Source: Candidatus Bathyarchaeum tardum (GTDB lineage: Archaea; Thermoproteota; Bathyarchaeia; Bathyarchaeales; Bathyarchaeaceae). From it: a stretch of 64,000 nucleotides of DNA. The position numbers were made by a program, and so were the translations under genes. The first letter of the stretch is position 1. Each line of letters starts with the position of its first letter. The notes beneath the pieces were generated by a model. The model did not search any database. It saw only the letters and a list, made by a program, of their open reading frames with translations, and had not been told where the DNA came from. Below, one piece after another: positions 20,520 to 30,893 of the stretch. Location of the stretch: positions 1,248,001 through 1,312,000 of the forward strand of contig CP122380.1 of assembly GCA_024650005.2 (NCBI GenBank), written 5' to 3'.

Positions 20520-22487
20520 ATGATATTCAGAATTATCAAGAACAAGAAAGCAATAAGCCCGGCTATTTCGGGGATAATTTTGGTCGCTGTTTCTATAACT
20601 TATGCATTGGTAGCATCATCATGGTTAGGTCAAATGACAGTGTCCGTCATGTCCTTGGAAGAATTAAAAATAACAAACTGCGAATGGGCACAGGATTATA
20701 CACATGCTGATTTAACAATCAAAAACATTGGAACTCAAGGCGCTACATTGAGTTCATTACAAATAAACGGAGAAGTATCAAAAGATTATGAAATTATTGA
20801 GGGAAACTTAAAAATCAACCCAGGCAGAAGCACTACTATTCGTGTAAACCAAGATTTCACTGAATTAGAAAAATATGAGTTTAAATTCACGACCAAAAGG
20901 CTTACTCCAATAAAAATTGTTTCAGTTTTGCAACCTAACTTAGAAACCAAAAATATAGCTTCAATTCATTATGTTAATGCAATTTCAGACGTAGATGAGT
21001 CAGCAGATAAAGGAACCCATAGTAATTTTGCCAATCAACAAGGGGAACCTAACAATGTTTTTAATACAATTACAGAAACGGATTTTGGGACGGGATTAAC
21101 AAGCATTGTACAATACCCCGATGTTGGAAACGTAAATTTTGGGACACAAATAGATTTTGTGAACGCTCAAGATATTAGCCCAGATGGTAATTACATGACG
21201 CTTCACGAAGAAAACTTGGGCGGTGGCAGTAATGGATATCCAAATATTCGTTCCAAAACGCATTCTGTTGAATCTAGTAGTACCACAAGTCATAAAGTAA
21301 GGCTTCCAGACAAAATAGAAGTTGGAGACACTTTGCTGGTTGTTTTTGTGTGTGATGGCCCGGAAAAAATAACTTGGGAAAATGAAGGCAAAGACTGGAT
21401 TGTTATCTATGAAGAAGATGCAGGGAGGTCTGGCCCCACGATGTCTATAGCCTGGAAAAAAGCTACAGGTGACGAAAATAGCAAAACAGTAACAATTCAA
21501 ACTAGCGGGTATAGAGAATCAACACATATTTCATATGCAATACAAAATGCCAATGATCCCTACATCACGCCTCCAGAAGCATCTCCAGAAGCAAGTGGTA
21601 ACAGCAATGACCCTGATTCAAATGGACTTACTCCATCAGGTGGTTATAATCCATATTTATGGTTCACATTTTTTGGGTCTGACAAAGGCAACATAGCAAC
21701 AGATTATCCTAGTGAATACCAAGACAATCGAGAAACATACAGCTCTTCAAAAAAGGGGACAGCATGTGCAATTGGAGCAGCTACTCGCGAATTTACTGCA
21801 GATTTTGATGATCCGCACGATTTTAAGATAAAAAAATCATACTGGACAGCAACAACTATTGTAATTTATCCTGAAACAGTTCTTGATGATTACAAGTTGG
21901 ATTTTGAATATCAGTGGACAAATGTTGATTACGATGAAACCACAAAACAGGTTTGCATTTATGTTGAAACAGCCAGTCAAGATGAAGAAAATCTGGTAGC
22001 TTACGAATGGAATGGAGAAACTTGGCAGAGTCTAGGGGTATTAAGTTCTGATGGTTGGAATAATTTCACTACATTACTCATGAATGGACCAACATACACT
22101 ATTAACATTCGAGATGAAGACAAACCAAATGACGCAACACAATCTAGCTGGAATATTGATTGTATAATAACAAATTGCAGTTCAACAGAAATAAATTATG
22201 AAATAGACATAGAAGTCCAATTCACGGATGTCGATATTAGCAACAATTATGAACAAATTTGTATTTACATGGGTTCAACAACTGCAGAACCACTTGAGGT
22301 TTACATTTGGAACGAAGGAACATGGGAACTATTATCCAGCAACCTAATGCAAAATCAATGGAACAACATGACACGAACCATAACACAAAACATAGTTACA
22401 TTGCGATTTTTGGGATCCATAGAAACTATCGACCCAATTCAAGACAGCTGGGAAATCGATTCAGTTCTGCTTTATGGACCACCATAA
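20520..22487 (+). CDS. Type IV pilin/archaellin-like surface protein with class III signal peptide and large C-terminal adhesin region
   Basis: KKA/ISPAISGIILVAV prepilin motif; EELKI; duplicated C-terminal beta domain. Confidence 0.75.
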   Translation: MIFRIIKNKKAISPAISGIILVAVSITYALVASSWLGQMTVSVMSLEELKITNCEWAQDYTHADLTIKNIGTQGATLSSLQINGEVSKDYEIIEGNLKINPGRSTTIRVNQDFTELEKYEFKFTTKRLTPIKIVSVLQPNLETKNIASIHYVNAISDVDESADKGTHSNFANQQGEPNNVFNTITETDFGTGLTSIVQYPDVGNVNFGTQIDFVNAQDISPDGNYMTLHEENLGGGSNGYPNIRSKTHSVESSSTTSHKVRLPDKIEVGDTLLVVFVCDGPEKITWENEGKDWIVIYEEDAGRSGPTMSIAWKKATGDENSKTVTIQTSGYRESTHISYAIQNANDPYITPPEASPEASGNSNDPDSNGLTPSGGYNPYLWFTFFGSDKGNIATDYPSEYQDNRETYSSSKKGTACAIGAATREFTADFDDPHDFKIKKSYWTATTIVIYPETVLDDYKLDFEYQWTNVDYDETTKQVCIYVETASQDEENLVAYEWNGETWQSLGVLSSDGWNNFTTLLMNGPTYTINIRDEDKPNDATQSSWNIDCIITNCSSTEINYEIDIEVQFTDVDISNNYEQICIYMGSTTAEPLEVYIWNEGTWELLSSNLMQNQWNNMTRTITQNIVTLRFLGSIETIDPIQDSWEIDSVLLYGPP

Positions 22488-22509
22488 TTCAGAATGAAGG
22501 TTTTTTCTT

Positions 22510-22818
22510 TTACAAATTATTTGTTACTGCTAAAGGTCTTCCTTCTGTTAAGGCCTGAGCTACTTTTTTTCGTGCATTTTTAACTAGCCGCCAAATTGTG
22601 CCACGAGAAACGCCCATTTTGTCGCCTGCTTCTTCTTGGGATAAATCTTCAAGGTCTACTAGGCGCATGGCTTCTAATTCTGCTGGTTCGATTGTGATTG
22701 TGGTTCCAGTTGTTATTGGGTGGGGAATGAAGTTTCGTACTTTTGTTGGATTAGGTATGGTTACTGGTTTGGGGAGTCTTCCTCGTCGCCCTCGTCTATG
22801 TCGTCGTCCGTATGACAT
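22510..22818 (-). CDS. DUF134 (UPF0251) HTH protein
   Basis: ELEAMRLVDLEDLSQEEAG.KMGVSRGT....ARKKVA.AL.EG. Confidence 0.9.
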   Translation of the reverse strand: MSYGRRHRRGRRGRLPKPVTIPNPTKVRNFIPHPITTGTTITIEPAELEAMRLVDLEDLSQEEAGDKMGVSRGTIWRLVKNARKKVAQALTEGRPLAVTNNL

Positions 22819-22885
22819 TGTTATCATTAGTTATGATGTTACGGAACACTTATATATTTTTGTGCATTAACAAATAATTATAAAA

Positions 22886-22899
22886 TGTGCATATGCACA
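22886..22899. promoter_or_regulatory. Perfect palindrome TGTGCATATGCACA, candidate DUF134 operator
   Basis: Lies just downstream of TTATAAA in the divergent DUF134/DUF5320 promoter. Confidence 0.5.
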
Positions 22900-22915
22900 A
22901 AATAGAGGTGAAAAA

Positions 22916-23296
22916 ATGCCAAGAGGAGATAGAACAGGACCAGAAGGTGCAGGACCCATGACTGGAAGAGGCGCAGGATACTGTGCAGGATATTCTTTAC
23001 CAGGATATGCGAATCCAGCAGGTGGATACGGAAGAGGATTGGGCAGAGGACGAGGATATGGTAGAGGATGGCGACGAGGCTTCGGTAGAGGTCGATTCGT
23101 ATACCCCGCACCAGTAGTTCAACCAGTTTCAGTCCCAGTAAATCAGTCGATGCCGCAACCACAGTCACCCGAACAAGAAATCGCAGCTTTAGAAAATTAC
23201 CAACAAAATTTGGAAGCAGAAAAAGCAGATCTTGACCAAGAAATGGGTGGCATCAAAGCCAGAATTGAAGACCTGAAAGCCAAACTGGAAAAATAA
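22916..23296 (+). CDS. DUF5320 family Gly/Arg-rich protein
   Basis: MPRGDRTGP.G.GPMTGRGAGYC N-terminus, GRG repeats, C-terminal coiled coil. Confidence 0.88.
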   Translation: MPRGDRTGPEGAGPMTGRGAGYCAGYSLPGYANPAGGYGRGLGRGRGYGRGWRRGFGRGRFVYPAPVVQPVSVPVNQSMPQPQSPEQEIAALENYQQNLEAEKADLDQEMGGIKARIEDLKAKLEK

Positions 23297-23347
23297 CCAA
23301 TCAAAAAACCAAAAAATATTGTAATGACAGGGGGAGGTGAATTTTTT

Positions 23348-23686
23348 TTGGAAAAAATCAGAGTGGCAGTTGCAACCAACAACAAAAAAGGTTTAGACGA
23401 CACAGTTTCAGACGTTTTTGGTAGAGCCAAAACATTTACTCTCTTAGACATTGAAAACGGTCAGATAACAACCATACAAGTTCTAGAAAATTCTACAGCT
23501 GATTTTCATCACGGGGCAGGACCCATTGCAGTTAAAATGTTGGTTGATAATGGCGTTAACATAGTAGTTGCAAACCAAGTAGGATTTGGAGCGTCTGAAC
23601 TGCTAAAACAGCATAATATTAAGATGGCGCCAATTGAACCCGGAACAAAAGTTGCAGATGCTACGTTACAGGCAATCGAAACATAA
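23348..23686 (+). CDS. NifB/NifX family protein (third copy)
   Basis: VFGRAKTF, HHGAG; TTG start after GGAGGTGA. Confidence 0.85.
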   Translation: MEKIRVAVATNNKKGLDDTVSDVFGRAKTFTLLDIENGQITTIQVLENSTADFHHGAGPIAVKMLVDNGVNIVVANQVGFGASELLKQHNIKMAPIEPGTKVADATLQAIET

Positions 23687-23691
23687 AGCAG

Positions 23692-24354
23692 CTAAAGCAG
23701 TTTTGTTTGATGCAAGTCTGTTTCTTTTTTTATTTTTTTTGAGGTCTTCCAAGATTTTCTAACAAAATCGGGGTAGGAACCATATTTTTTTATCCAATCG
23801 CGGAGAAAATTTGTTGTCTTTTGGTCGTTAGGGTAACCACACCCCAAGTTGCCGTGTTTTTTAATTAATTTGGAAATTACTTTGTCTCGTTCTACTTTCG
23901 CGATTATTGAAGCTGCAGAAACAACAGGATATTTCAGGTCGGCTTTGTGCTCTGAAATAATTTCTGAACGAAAAACAAGGTTTTCTGCAATGTGCTCTCC
24001 AAACCGTTTAGCATTAACATCTGAAGCATCCACATAAACAACATCAGGATTAAGAACAGAAATCACCTTAGCCATTGTCTGAGCCTCAAAACGGTTTAGT
24101 TTATGTAACCTTTTTCCAGTTTCAACTACGTGGTCTATTTCAACGGGAGATAAATGCACAACATAACAGTTCAAGGCAATTTCCCGTATCTGTCTAGCAA
24201 GAATTTCTCGTTTTTTTGGAGCCAGAAGTTTAGAATCTTTAACCCCAATTTCAACCAACTTTGGCAAATCAGTTTCGTCTATTGAGACCCCACCAACAAC
24301 TAATGGACCAATAACACAACCCCGACCCGCTTCATCTACGCCAGCTAAACGCAT
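23692..24354 (-). CDS. rnhB: Ribonuclease HII
   Basis: GVDEAGRG, KDSK, HKAD, VSAASIIAKV.RD, G.GYP.D. Confidence 0.97.
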   Translation of the reverse strand: MRLAGVDEAGRGCVIGPLVVGGVSIDETDLPKLVEIGVKDSKLLAPKKREILARQIREIALNCYVVHLSPVEIDHVVETGKRLHKLNRFEAQTMAKVISVLNPDVVYVDASDVNAKRFGEHIAENLVFRSEIISEHKADLKYPVVSAASIIAKVERDKVISKLIKKHGNLGCGYPNDQKTTNFLRDWIKKYGSYPDFVRKSWKTSKKIKKETDLHQTKLL

Positions 24355-24481
24355 TTCTAAACCTCATTTGTGTCTATTTTGTTGATTTTGAAATTTGATG
24401 TTTTTGACAGTTATTGTTTCAAGTTAACTACTTTACTGTTTAGCTTAAAATAGCACTCAGACTATAATATTCTTGACAAAA

Positions 24482-24799
24482 ATGAAGTATATTATTGTAC
24501 TTATGACCGTATCCAGCAAGTCAGAGGCAGAAGATATAATCCAGAAATTACTAGAAGAACACCTGATAGCCTGTGCTAACATTTTAGATGCTGTTTGTTC
24601 ATTGTTCTGGTGGAAAGAAAAAATTGAACAAGAAAATGAAACTTTAGTTCTAATGAAATCCAGTGAAGAATTATTCAAAAAGCTTACCAAAAGAATTCAA
24701 GATCTGCACAGTTATGAAGTTCCAGAAATTCTGGCATTACCAATACTTGATGGATCCCAATCGTATTTAGATTGGATGAAAACTGCCTTGAACCGGTGA
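24482..24799 (+). CDS. cutA: Divalent-cation tolerance protein CutA
   Basis: LIACANI, HSYEVPEI, YLDW. Confidence 0.93.
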   Translation: MKYIIVLMTVSSKSEAEDIIQKLLEEHLIACANILDAVCSLFWWKEKIEQENETLVLMKSSEELFKKLTKRIQDLHSYEVPEILALPILDGSQSYLDWMKTALNR

Positions 24800-24805
24800 A
24801 ATAAT

Positions 24806-25519
24806 TTGTCCAAAAAGCCCGTTACAAGAGCAGAAGAAAAAGAGGTCATCTATGATTCCAGTCATTGGAAGCTTTTAGAACAACTAAGGAAAAAAAGCCT
24901 TCAAGTAATGAAAGCATTAGACAACTGCCACTTGCAGTCTACTGTTCATGGGAGCATTGCCAGAGGTGACGTTACTCAAACAAGCGACATTGACATATTC
25001 ATTTCAAACCTAATTTCCTCATTTACTGTTGAAACTTCAATTGAAAGGTCCGGTTTTCAAGTTTTGGAACGAAAAATCATTCAGGCAACCCCTCTTTATG
25101 CATTAAAAGGATACATAGAATTGGATAGTCAAACTAGCTTGTCTTTTCCTTTGGTTAAAATGCGGCAAGTAGAAAAAGAATTTTACAGATTTGGAGGCGA
25201 AGCAACAATTTCCATCCTTGATGAAAACAAACGAGTTTTTGGAGTTGATAAACGGCTCATGCTCATCAAACCCACAGACGAAGGTCATATCGAAACTACT
25301 GTTGTTGGACAGGAAAAAGAAGTGGCTAAAATGTTAGGTATAACTCCAAACACGGTTTTAGACCGTGTACGAGCGCTTTTACGACGGGATAAAGTAGGAA
25401 GAACGGGTGTTTTCATCGAAAAGGAGCTAGATGCAAATGAAACTTTCGAGCAAGCAATGAAACAATTGGGGGATACGAATCCTGCAGTTCGTAGAAGAAT
25501 TGGTTTTTATCAAAAATGA
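24806..25519 (+). CDS. Predicted nucleotidyltransferase (COG2413-like)
   Basis: HGSIARGDV..SDIDI, EFYRFGG, GVDKRL, RRDKVGRTG. Confidence 0.85.
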   Translation: MSKKPVTRAEEKEVIYDSSHWKLLEQLRKKSLQVMKALDNCHLQSTVHGSIARGDVTQTSDIDIFISNLISSFTVETSIERSGFQVLERKIIQATPLYALKGYIELDSQTSLSFPLVKMRQVEKEFYRFGGEATISILDENKRVFGVDKRLMLIKPTDEGHIETTVVGQEKEVAKMLGITPNTVLDRVRALLRRDKVGRTGVFIEKELDANETFEQAMKQLGDTNPAVRRRIGFYQK

Positions 25520-25522
25520 GGC

Positions 25523-26602
25523 TTAAGGTAACGGAAAACGTAGCAGAGCTGCGATTCCTCCTAGTGAAAGAAGGTTTGTTCCTGCTTCGTGTTCAGTGCT
25601 GATAACCATTATTTCTCCACGTGCGTCTTCAACATTTTTCATAAGGGATTCCAATGAAAGCCTTTGTTCATCAGTTGTTTCCCGTAAAGTTAAATCAGCG
25701 ACTAGAAGTTTTTCTACTGCCCCATAATTTGCGGCTTTTTCTACGTCCCCAAACCCGTAAGTTATTGTAGATTTTCCTTGCCCCAGTCGTGCTAAGAAAT
25801 CTTCCATTGCTTTCATTTCATCGGCTACTCGCATATTTTGGAGCATATTAATAAGAATCCCGGAACGAAGGGCTTCTTGTATTCCAGATAATCCCGCACT
25901 GTTTGTTCCTTTTACCCCTATTATTGAAGCTGCAACATCACGAGCCTCTTTTTGCACATACTCAAAAAAGTCATCTTTTATGTATCCAGGACCAAGAATA
26001 ACTATCGGACTATTAAGAGGAAGCCAGGCATCTCGTAAAGCCTTAAGGGCAATCTTCAAAAAAAGCTGTTTTTCTTTTCCTCTTTTTTCTGCCTCATACT
26101 TTCCAGGAAGTTTTGTTCGCCCTCCTGCTTTAACATCAATTCCGTACTGGCGCAAGATTGCTACACAGTAGTCTTCATCATCGATTGAAATTATTGCAAG
26201 AGGAGAAGCAGTAATTTTGCTTGCCCGTTTTATTCGATCCAACTCATGTTTTTGCCATTTCTTTTTGACAATAGTTACTGGTTTATTGACCACTACATCC
26301 AGTGTGTGACGAGAACCATTTATGTTTAATTTTTCAGGTGCATCAACAACAATTCCATTAATACGTAAACGGTTGAGAACCTTATCCCAGTACATTTTTT
26401 CAACTTGAACACCTAAATTAACCGGAACTCGTTTTGCTTTTGTTGGTCGGGAGTAATGCTCATCTGGTTTTACTTGTCGAGTAGTGCGAGCATAAACCTC
26501 ATCACGTTTAATAATAACATTGTAAAGATGCCAAAGGTCATCCATGCTTTCAGGCATAACCTTTGCGAATCCCTTTTTGAGGTCTATTTTGAAAATTTTC
26601 AA
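25523..26602 (-). CDS. pelA: Pelota/Dom34 ribosome rescue factor
   Basis: DDLWHL, RLRI.G, HT, GPG..K, GAVE.LL, LGGIAALLRF. Confidence 0.95.
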   Translation of the reverse strand: MKIFKIDLKKGFAKVMPESMDDLWHLYNVIIKRDEVYARTTRQVKPDEHYSRPTKAKRVPVNLGVQVEKMYWDKVLNRLRINGIVVDAPEKLNINGSRHTLDVVVNKPVTIVKKKWQKHELDRIKRASKITASPLAIISIDDEDYCVAILRQYGIDVKAGGRTKLPGKYEAEKRGKEKQLFLKIALKALRDAWLPLNSPIVILGPGYIKDDFFEYVQKEARDVAASIIGVKGTNSAGLSGIQEALRSGILINMLQNMRVADEMKAMEDFLARLGQGKSTITYGFGDVEKAANYGAVEKLLVADLTLRETTDEQRLSLESLMKNVEDARGEIMVISTEHEAGTNLLSLGGIAALLRFPLP

Positions 26603-26689
26603 AAATATTCTATCCTTTCAAGTAGGTTACGGTAAATGATTAGATATATAGTTAAAAAAGTATTTATCAATTATTAAATTAAACTTTAA

Positions 26690-26770
26690 TTAAATGTTCT
26701 CCTCCGTTTTAATTTGTTTTTTACGCTTAGAAACAATAATTTCAATTTTCTCTTTGATAGTTTTATTCAT
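26690..26770 (-). CDS. Putative 26-aa basic small protein
   Basis: AAGGAGTG RBS directly before ATG; MNKTIKEKIEIIVSKRKKQIKTEENI. Confidence 0.3.
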   Translation of the reverse strand: MNKTIKEKIEIIVSKRKKQIKTEENI

Positions 26771-27348
26771 CACTCCTTTTTACAAAATTTTCTTTAATCA
26801 AAAGCAAATGTGCTTTGAATCTTCATGAAAATAATTGGATTCAGAAAAACATAATAAATTTAGAATTTTGGGAAAAATCGAACGAAAATCTTGTTCGTGG
26901 TATTTAATTAAAAAATAGAATTAATTTCATTTGAACGCGCGAATATGAACCATAACTCTCGAGATTATGATTTTTTAAAATTAAAATTTAAATTATGCCA
27001 AATTGGCGTGGTTTATTGAAATAAATCGTCCACTACTAAACAATCTATAATGTAGTAGTAGCTCAGTGTATGAGATCTGTTTTTGTGAAGAATTAGTTTT
27101 TGATGCATTGAAATTGACTGCCAGCCTTCTTAGCATAAATGCAGCAGAATAATAGTTCATTTTTGACTCACCTGATGTTCATCTGTGATACCATCTAGTT
27201 CTTGCAGAACTCCCAGAATAAAATTAATAGAAACTTTTTGTCGGGAATTAGTATTCAAAGAAATATTCACCTTTTTAATAAATATTAGCTTTTTAACGGA
27301 TCGAAATTGCATTTCTATTAAAAATCTAATTCTAAAAATATAATCTAT

Positions 27349-27372
27349 TGTGATTGTGACTATACGATCACA
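27349..27372. promoter_or_regulatory. TGYGA-N14-TCRCA operator, site 1
   Basis: TGTGA TTGTGACTATACGA TCACA. Confidence 0.55.
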
Positions 27373-27482
27373 GCTACTTTTTCCAAAACAGGAAAAAATG
27401 TTTGAAAATTTCTTTTAATGCAAATATTGCGATTCCAAGGTAACTATTAAAATTAATTATTTGAGATATTTTGATACAGGCA

Positions 27483-27506
27483 TGTGACTGTGTAGACTCT
27501 ATCACA
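27483..27506. promoter_or_regulatory. TGYGA-N14-TCRCA operator, site 2
   Basis: TGTGA CTGTGTAGACTCTA TCACA, directly upstream of GGTTTATA (TATA-like). Confidence 0.6.
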
Positions 27507-27611
27507 TCGGTTTATAGCCAAATTCTACAATATATAATTCAGTTTAATAATTAAAAAATAGGTGAATTTCACCAAATATAAAAAACTGGGTCATTGGAGG
27601 TGAATAATGAA

Positions 27612-27761
27612 GTGACAAATAGTGAGGAATTCAAAGTTTATTCAAATGATAAAAATGCTTACACCTTAGAGAAAAAAGAAAATTATGAAGAAATAATCCA
27701 GAAAGTGAAAAGATTCTGGGATGGCGATTTTGCTACAACAAAAACTAATTACTCCAAGTGA
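27612..27761 (+). CDS. Putative 49-aa small protein
   Basis: GGAGGTGA RBS upstream; MTNSEEFKVYSNDKNAYTLEKKENYEEIIQKVKRFWDGDFATTKTNYSK. Confidence 0.4.
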   Translation: MTNSEEFKVYSNDKNAYTLEKKENYEEIIQKVKRFWDGDFATTKTNYSK

Positions 27762-27768
27762 TGCAAAA

Positions 27769-28146
27769 TCAATTTTCGGGGGTAATGGCACATTTTTCAA
27801 TAATTTGTAATAATCTTTTTGGCTTGATTGGCTTTAATATGTAATAATCTACGCCTAGTTCAAACGATTTCTCTTCATCCTCTTCTGATGGATGCCCGGT
27901 TAAAACTATTTTTTTAATTTTTATATTATTTTTCACTATTTGCTTTAATAGATCAATACCTTTTATGTCAGGCAAGCTCATCTCCATTACGATTAAGTCA
28001 TAACATTTTGTATTCAGTTCATTTATTGCATCTTTTCCGTTTTCAACCAATGTGACAGTACATCTTTCTTTCTGCATTATTTTACATAAAACATTTTGTG
28101 TACATTTGTTGTCGTCTACTAGCAGAACCTTTAATTCATAAAGCAT
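27769..28146 (-). CDS. Single-domain response regulator with an atypical phospho-acceptor (Glu)
   Basis: LLVDD...DLIVMEMSLP (E at the usual Asp), LTG, KP. Confidence 0.88.
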   Translation of the reverse strand: MLYELKVLLVDDNKCTQNVLCKIMQKERCTVTLVENGKDAINELNTKCYDLIVMEMSLPDIKGIDLLKQIVKNNIKIKKIVLTGHPSEEDEEKSFELGVDYYILKPIKPKRLLQIIEKCAITPEN

Positions 28147-28290
28147 TTTTAAACAGCATGCATTGTCTTACATAAAAACCCTTTTTACAGTATGTGATAG
28201 ACGTATCTCTACAACTCCAATAATATGTATTATAATTCTGTTGAATGAGAGAGTAAAAAAATACGCCAAAAGTAAAAAAGGATAAAAAAT

Positions 28291-28674
28291 TTATTTGTTC
28301 AATTTTTTATCGATGAATCTCACTAATTCTTCAGATTTAACAGGTTTTACTAAATAGGCCGTGGCTCCTTCATCCATAACTTTGTTGGCATCTTCAATTG
28401 ATGGAAATCCAGTTATTACAATTTTAATCATATCCGGATTTATTTTATTCATCTTTTCAACAAGAATAGGTCCTTCAACATCGGGTAACTTAACATCTAT
28501 AAGCACTAAATCATATTGTTTTTTTGTAATCATTTCCAATGCTTCTCGCCCAGTTTCCGCATTTTCAACAAGGTATCCTTGTTTGTTTAATATTTTCGAA
28601 AAAACACTCAGTATGTATTTGTCATCATCTATGATAAGAATGGATTTCTTTTTACTCATAATAATTCTTCCCAT
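28291..28674 (-). CDS. Single-domain response regulator (CheY-like)
   Basis: ILIIDDD, DLVLIDVKLPD, ITG, KPV. Confidence 0.92.
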   Translation of the reverse strand: MGRIIMSKKKSILIIDDDKYILSVFSKILNKQGYLVENAETGREALEMITKKQYDLVLIDVKLPDVEGPILVEKMNKINPDMIKIVITGFPSIEDANKVMDEGATAYLVKPVKSEELVRFIDKKLNK

Positions 28675-30851
28675 TATGTTATCGGAATTTTTATTGTAAA
28701 TGTACTTCCTTTATTGGGTTTACTTTCAAAGGTTATTTTTCCATTCTGGGCCTCAATCAATTTTTTGCAGACAGCTAATCCGAACCCTTGTCCTTTGCTT
28801 TTTGTGGTAAATAATGGAGTGAATATTTTTGATTTAATACTTTCGGACATGCCTACTCCAGTGTCTTTGATGCTTATGTTAATCATGTCTTCTTCACAAA
28901 AAGCAGTAATTGTAAGGGTTCCTCCATTAGGCATGGCTTGATAAGCATTCAATAATAAGTTTGATGTCACTCTTTTCAGGAGTGATGGATCTATTTTTGC
29001 TGTTTTCAATTCATCTTGTAAACAGGTAATTATTTCAATATTTTTTGGCCAATTTATTGTTTGTAACGATTCTATGATCAATTCTTGGATATCTACGTTT
29101 TCAATTTGAGGTGTTGGTGTTCTAGCAAAATCTTGAAGATCAGCAACAATATGGTCGATGTAATTAATTTGATCATCAATTAAGTTTAAAATATCAAAAA
29201 GTTCTTTTTTCACATCCATGTGGACAGGAAGTGATTCTACCTCGATTTTTGCTAAATAAATTGCTCCATCAATACTTTGCAAAGGGTTACGAATGTCATG
29301 ACCAACCATGCCTGCAGTTTGCCCTATGGTTATGAGTTTTTCAGCGTCTTTCAATTGCTTTGTTTTTTCATGTACAAGTTTTTCTAAATTCATACTATAA
29401 TATTCTAGTTTTTTTCTTAATTTTACGGTATCCGTAATATCTTGCGTTGTTCCAAAGCCACCAAGAAGGGTTCCATCTTTATCCCACTCCAATTCCGCTT
29501 TTTCTCGGACCCATTTTACTTTTCCGTCCGCAATTATTCGATGTTCTATGTCGTACGGTTGCCCTTTAAGCCCAGAATTCCACATTTTATCTACGTATTT
29601 TCTGTCATCTGGATGAACTGTTGAAAGAAATGTTTTATAGGTTAATGGGGTTCCTTTTTTAACCCCAAAAATTTTGTAATTTTCTTCAGACCAATTTAGA
29701 ACATTTTTGTTAACATCAAGACGCCAACTTCCAGTTTTTGATACTGATTGAGCTCGGGATAAGTCATGTTGCATTATTATTAGAGCCTTTTCGCGTTTTT
29801 TCCTTTCAGAAATATCATGAAATATAGTTACTTTTCCCTTTGGATTCCCGCTTTCATCGCGCAATAAATTAGTTGATACGGAAACAGGAATAGATGTCCC
29901 ATCTTTTTTATGATAAATTAATTCACCTTTCCAAGAATCGGAATTAATAAGGCACTTAAGAATATCACCATTTAGTGCTTTATCATAAATTGGATTAGAC
30001 GGATTTAAAATTTCTGAAACACTTTTTCCGAGTACCTCTTTAAAATTCCAGCCAAACAGATTTTCAGCAGCTTGATTCCAACTTCGAATCAAGTTATTTT
30101 CATCAGTAGTAAAAATTGATTCATTTATTGACCTAATTATCAAATTCTGTTCATAAAGCTTTTCTTCTTTTTGCTTGAGTTCAGTAATTTCAGTACCGTA
30201 AATGTTCAAATAACTCTCTTCAATAACTGGAACTATTGAAAATAGGAAAAACCTTTGATCGCATTTCTCTTCAAATTTGATTATTTTCTTTGAGCTAAAC
30301 GCCTCATTAAACAATTTTATTAATCGTTGCGGCAGTTTATTTCCAACAGACATGTTCCATTCTGTCAACAAGAATTGGCTCGCTGGATTTAAGAACAATA
30401 TTTCTCCTTTTGTGTTGACCCTAATTACGATATTTGGATTTTCAGAAGGGAATTTAGAAAGGTCTAATAATTTTTTCTCCATGTTTTTTTGGTCAGTAAT
30501 ATCTTCAAAAATTGTTACAAAATGATTTTTTTCTGGGGCATATGCCGAAATCAGAAACCATTTTCCCAGAAAGGAAGAATAACTTTCGAATTTAAGCGGT
30601 TTTCCAATAGTAACTACTTTTCCATATGTCTGTATCCAATCGATTGAATCTTTTTTTATGTTTGGAATTACTTTTGTGACTTTTTTCCCTAGGATTTCAT
30701 TTTTCTTCAAACCGGTAACATGTTCGAATGCATCATTAACTTCAAGAAAAACATAATCTATTGGCTTTCCATTATCAAAAAGCATCTTATGATAAGCATA
30801 TGCACTAGTCATATTGGTGAATAGATTACGATATTTTTTTGCAGAATCCAA
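28674..30851 (-). CDS. Cytoplasmic multi-PAS sensor histidine kinase
   Basis: About 4 PAS domains; H-box GHDIRNPL; N-box NAYQAM; DTGVG; FTTK..G.G.GL. Confidence 0.95.
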   Translation of the reverse strand: MDSAKKYRNLFTNMTSAYAYHKMLFDNGKPIDYVFLEVNDAFEHVTGLKKNEILGKKVTKVIPNIKKDSIDWIQTYGKVVTIGKPLKFESYSSFLGKWFLISAYAPEKNHFVTIFEDITDQKNMEKKLLDLSKFPSENPNIVIRVNTKGEILFLNPASQFLLTEWNMSVGNKLPQRLIKLFNEAFSSKKIIKFEEKCDQRFFLFSIVPVIEESYLNIYGTEITELKQKEEKLYEQNLIIRSINESIFTTDENNLIRSWNQAAENLFGWNFKEVLGKSVSEILNPSNPIYDKALNGDILKCLINSDSWKGELIYHKKDGTSIPVSVSTNLLRDESGNPKGKVTIFHDISERKKREKALIIMQHDLSRAQSVSKTGSWRLDVNKNVLNWSEENYKIFGVKKGTPLTYKTFLSTVHPDDRKYVDKMWNSGLKGQPYDIEHRIIADGKVKWVREKAELEWDKDGTLLGGFGTTQDITDTVKLRKKLEYYSMNLEKLVHEKTKQLKDAEKLITIGQTAGMVGHDIRNPLQSIDGAIYLAKIEVESLPVHMDVKKELFDILNLIDDQINYIDHIVADLQDFARTPTPQIENVDIQELIIESLQTINWPKNIEIITCLQDELKTAKIDPSLLKRVTSNLLLNAYQAMPNGGTLTITAFCEEDMINISIKDTGVGMSESIKSKIFTPLFTTKSKGQGFGLAVCKKLIEAQNGKITFESKPNKGSTFTIKIPIT

Positions 30852-30893
30852 CCTTTTTCACTCGGGCATTAAGGTCAAAATAATATAGTTGAG

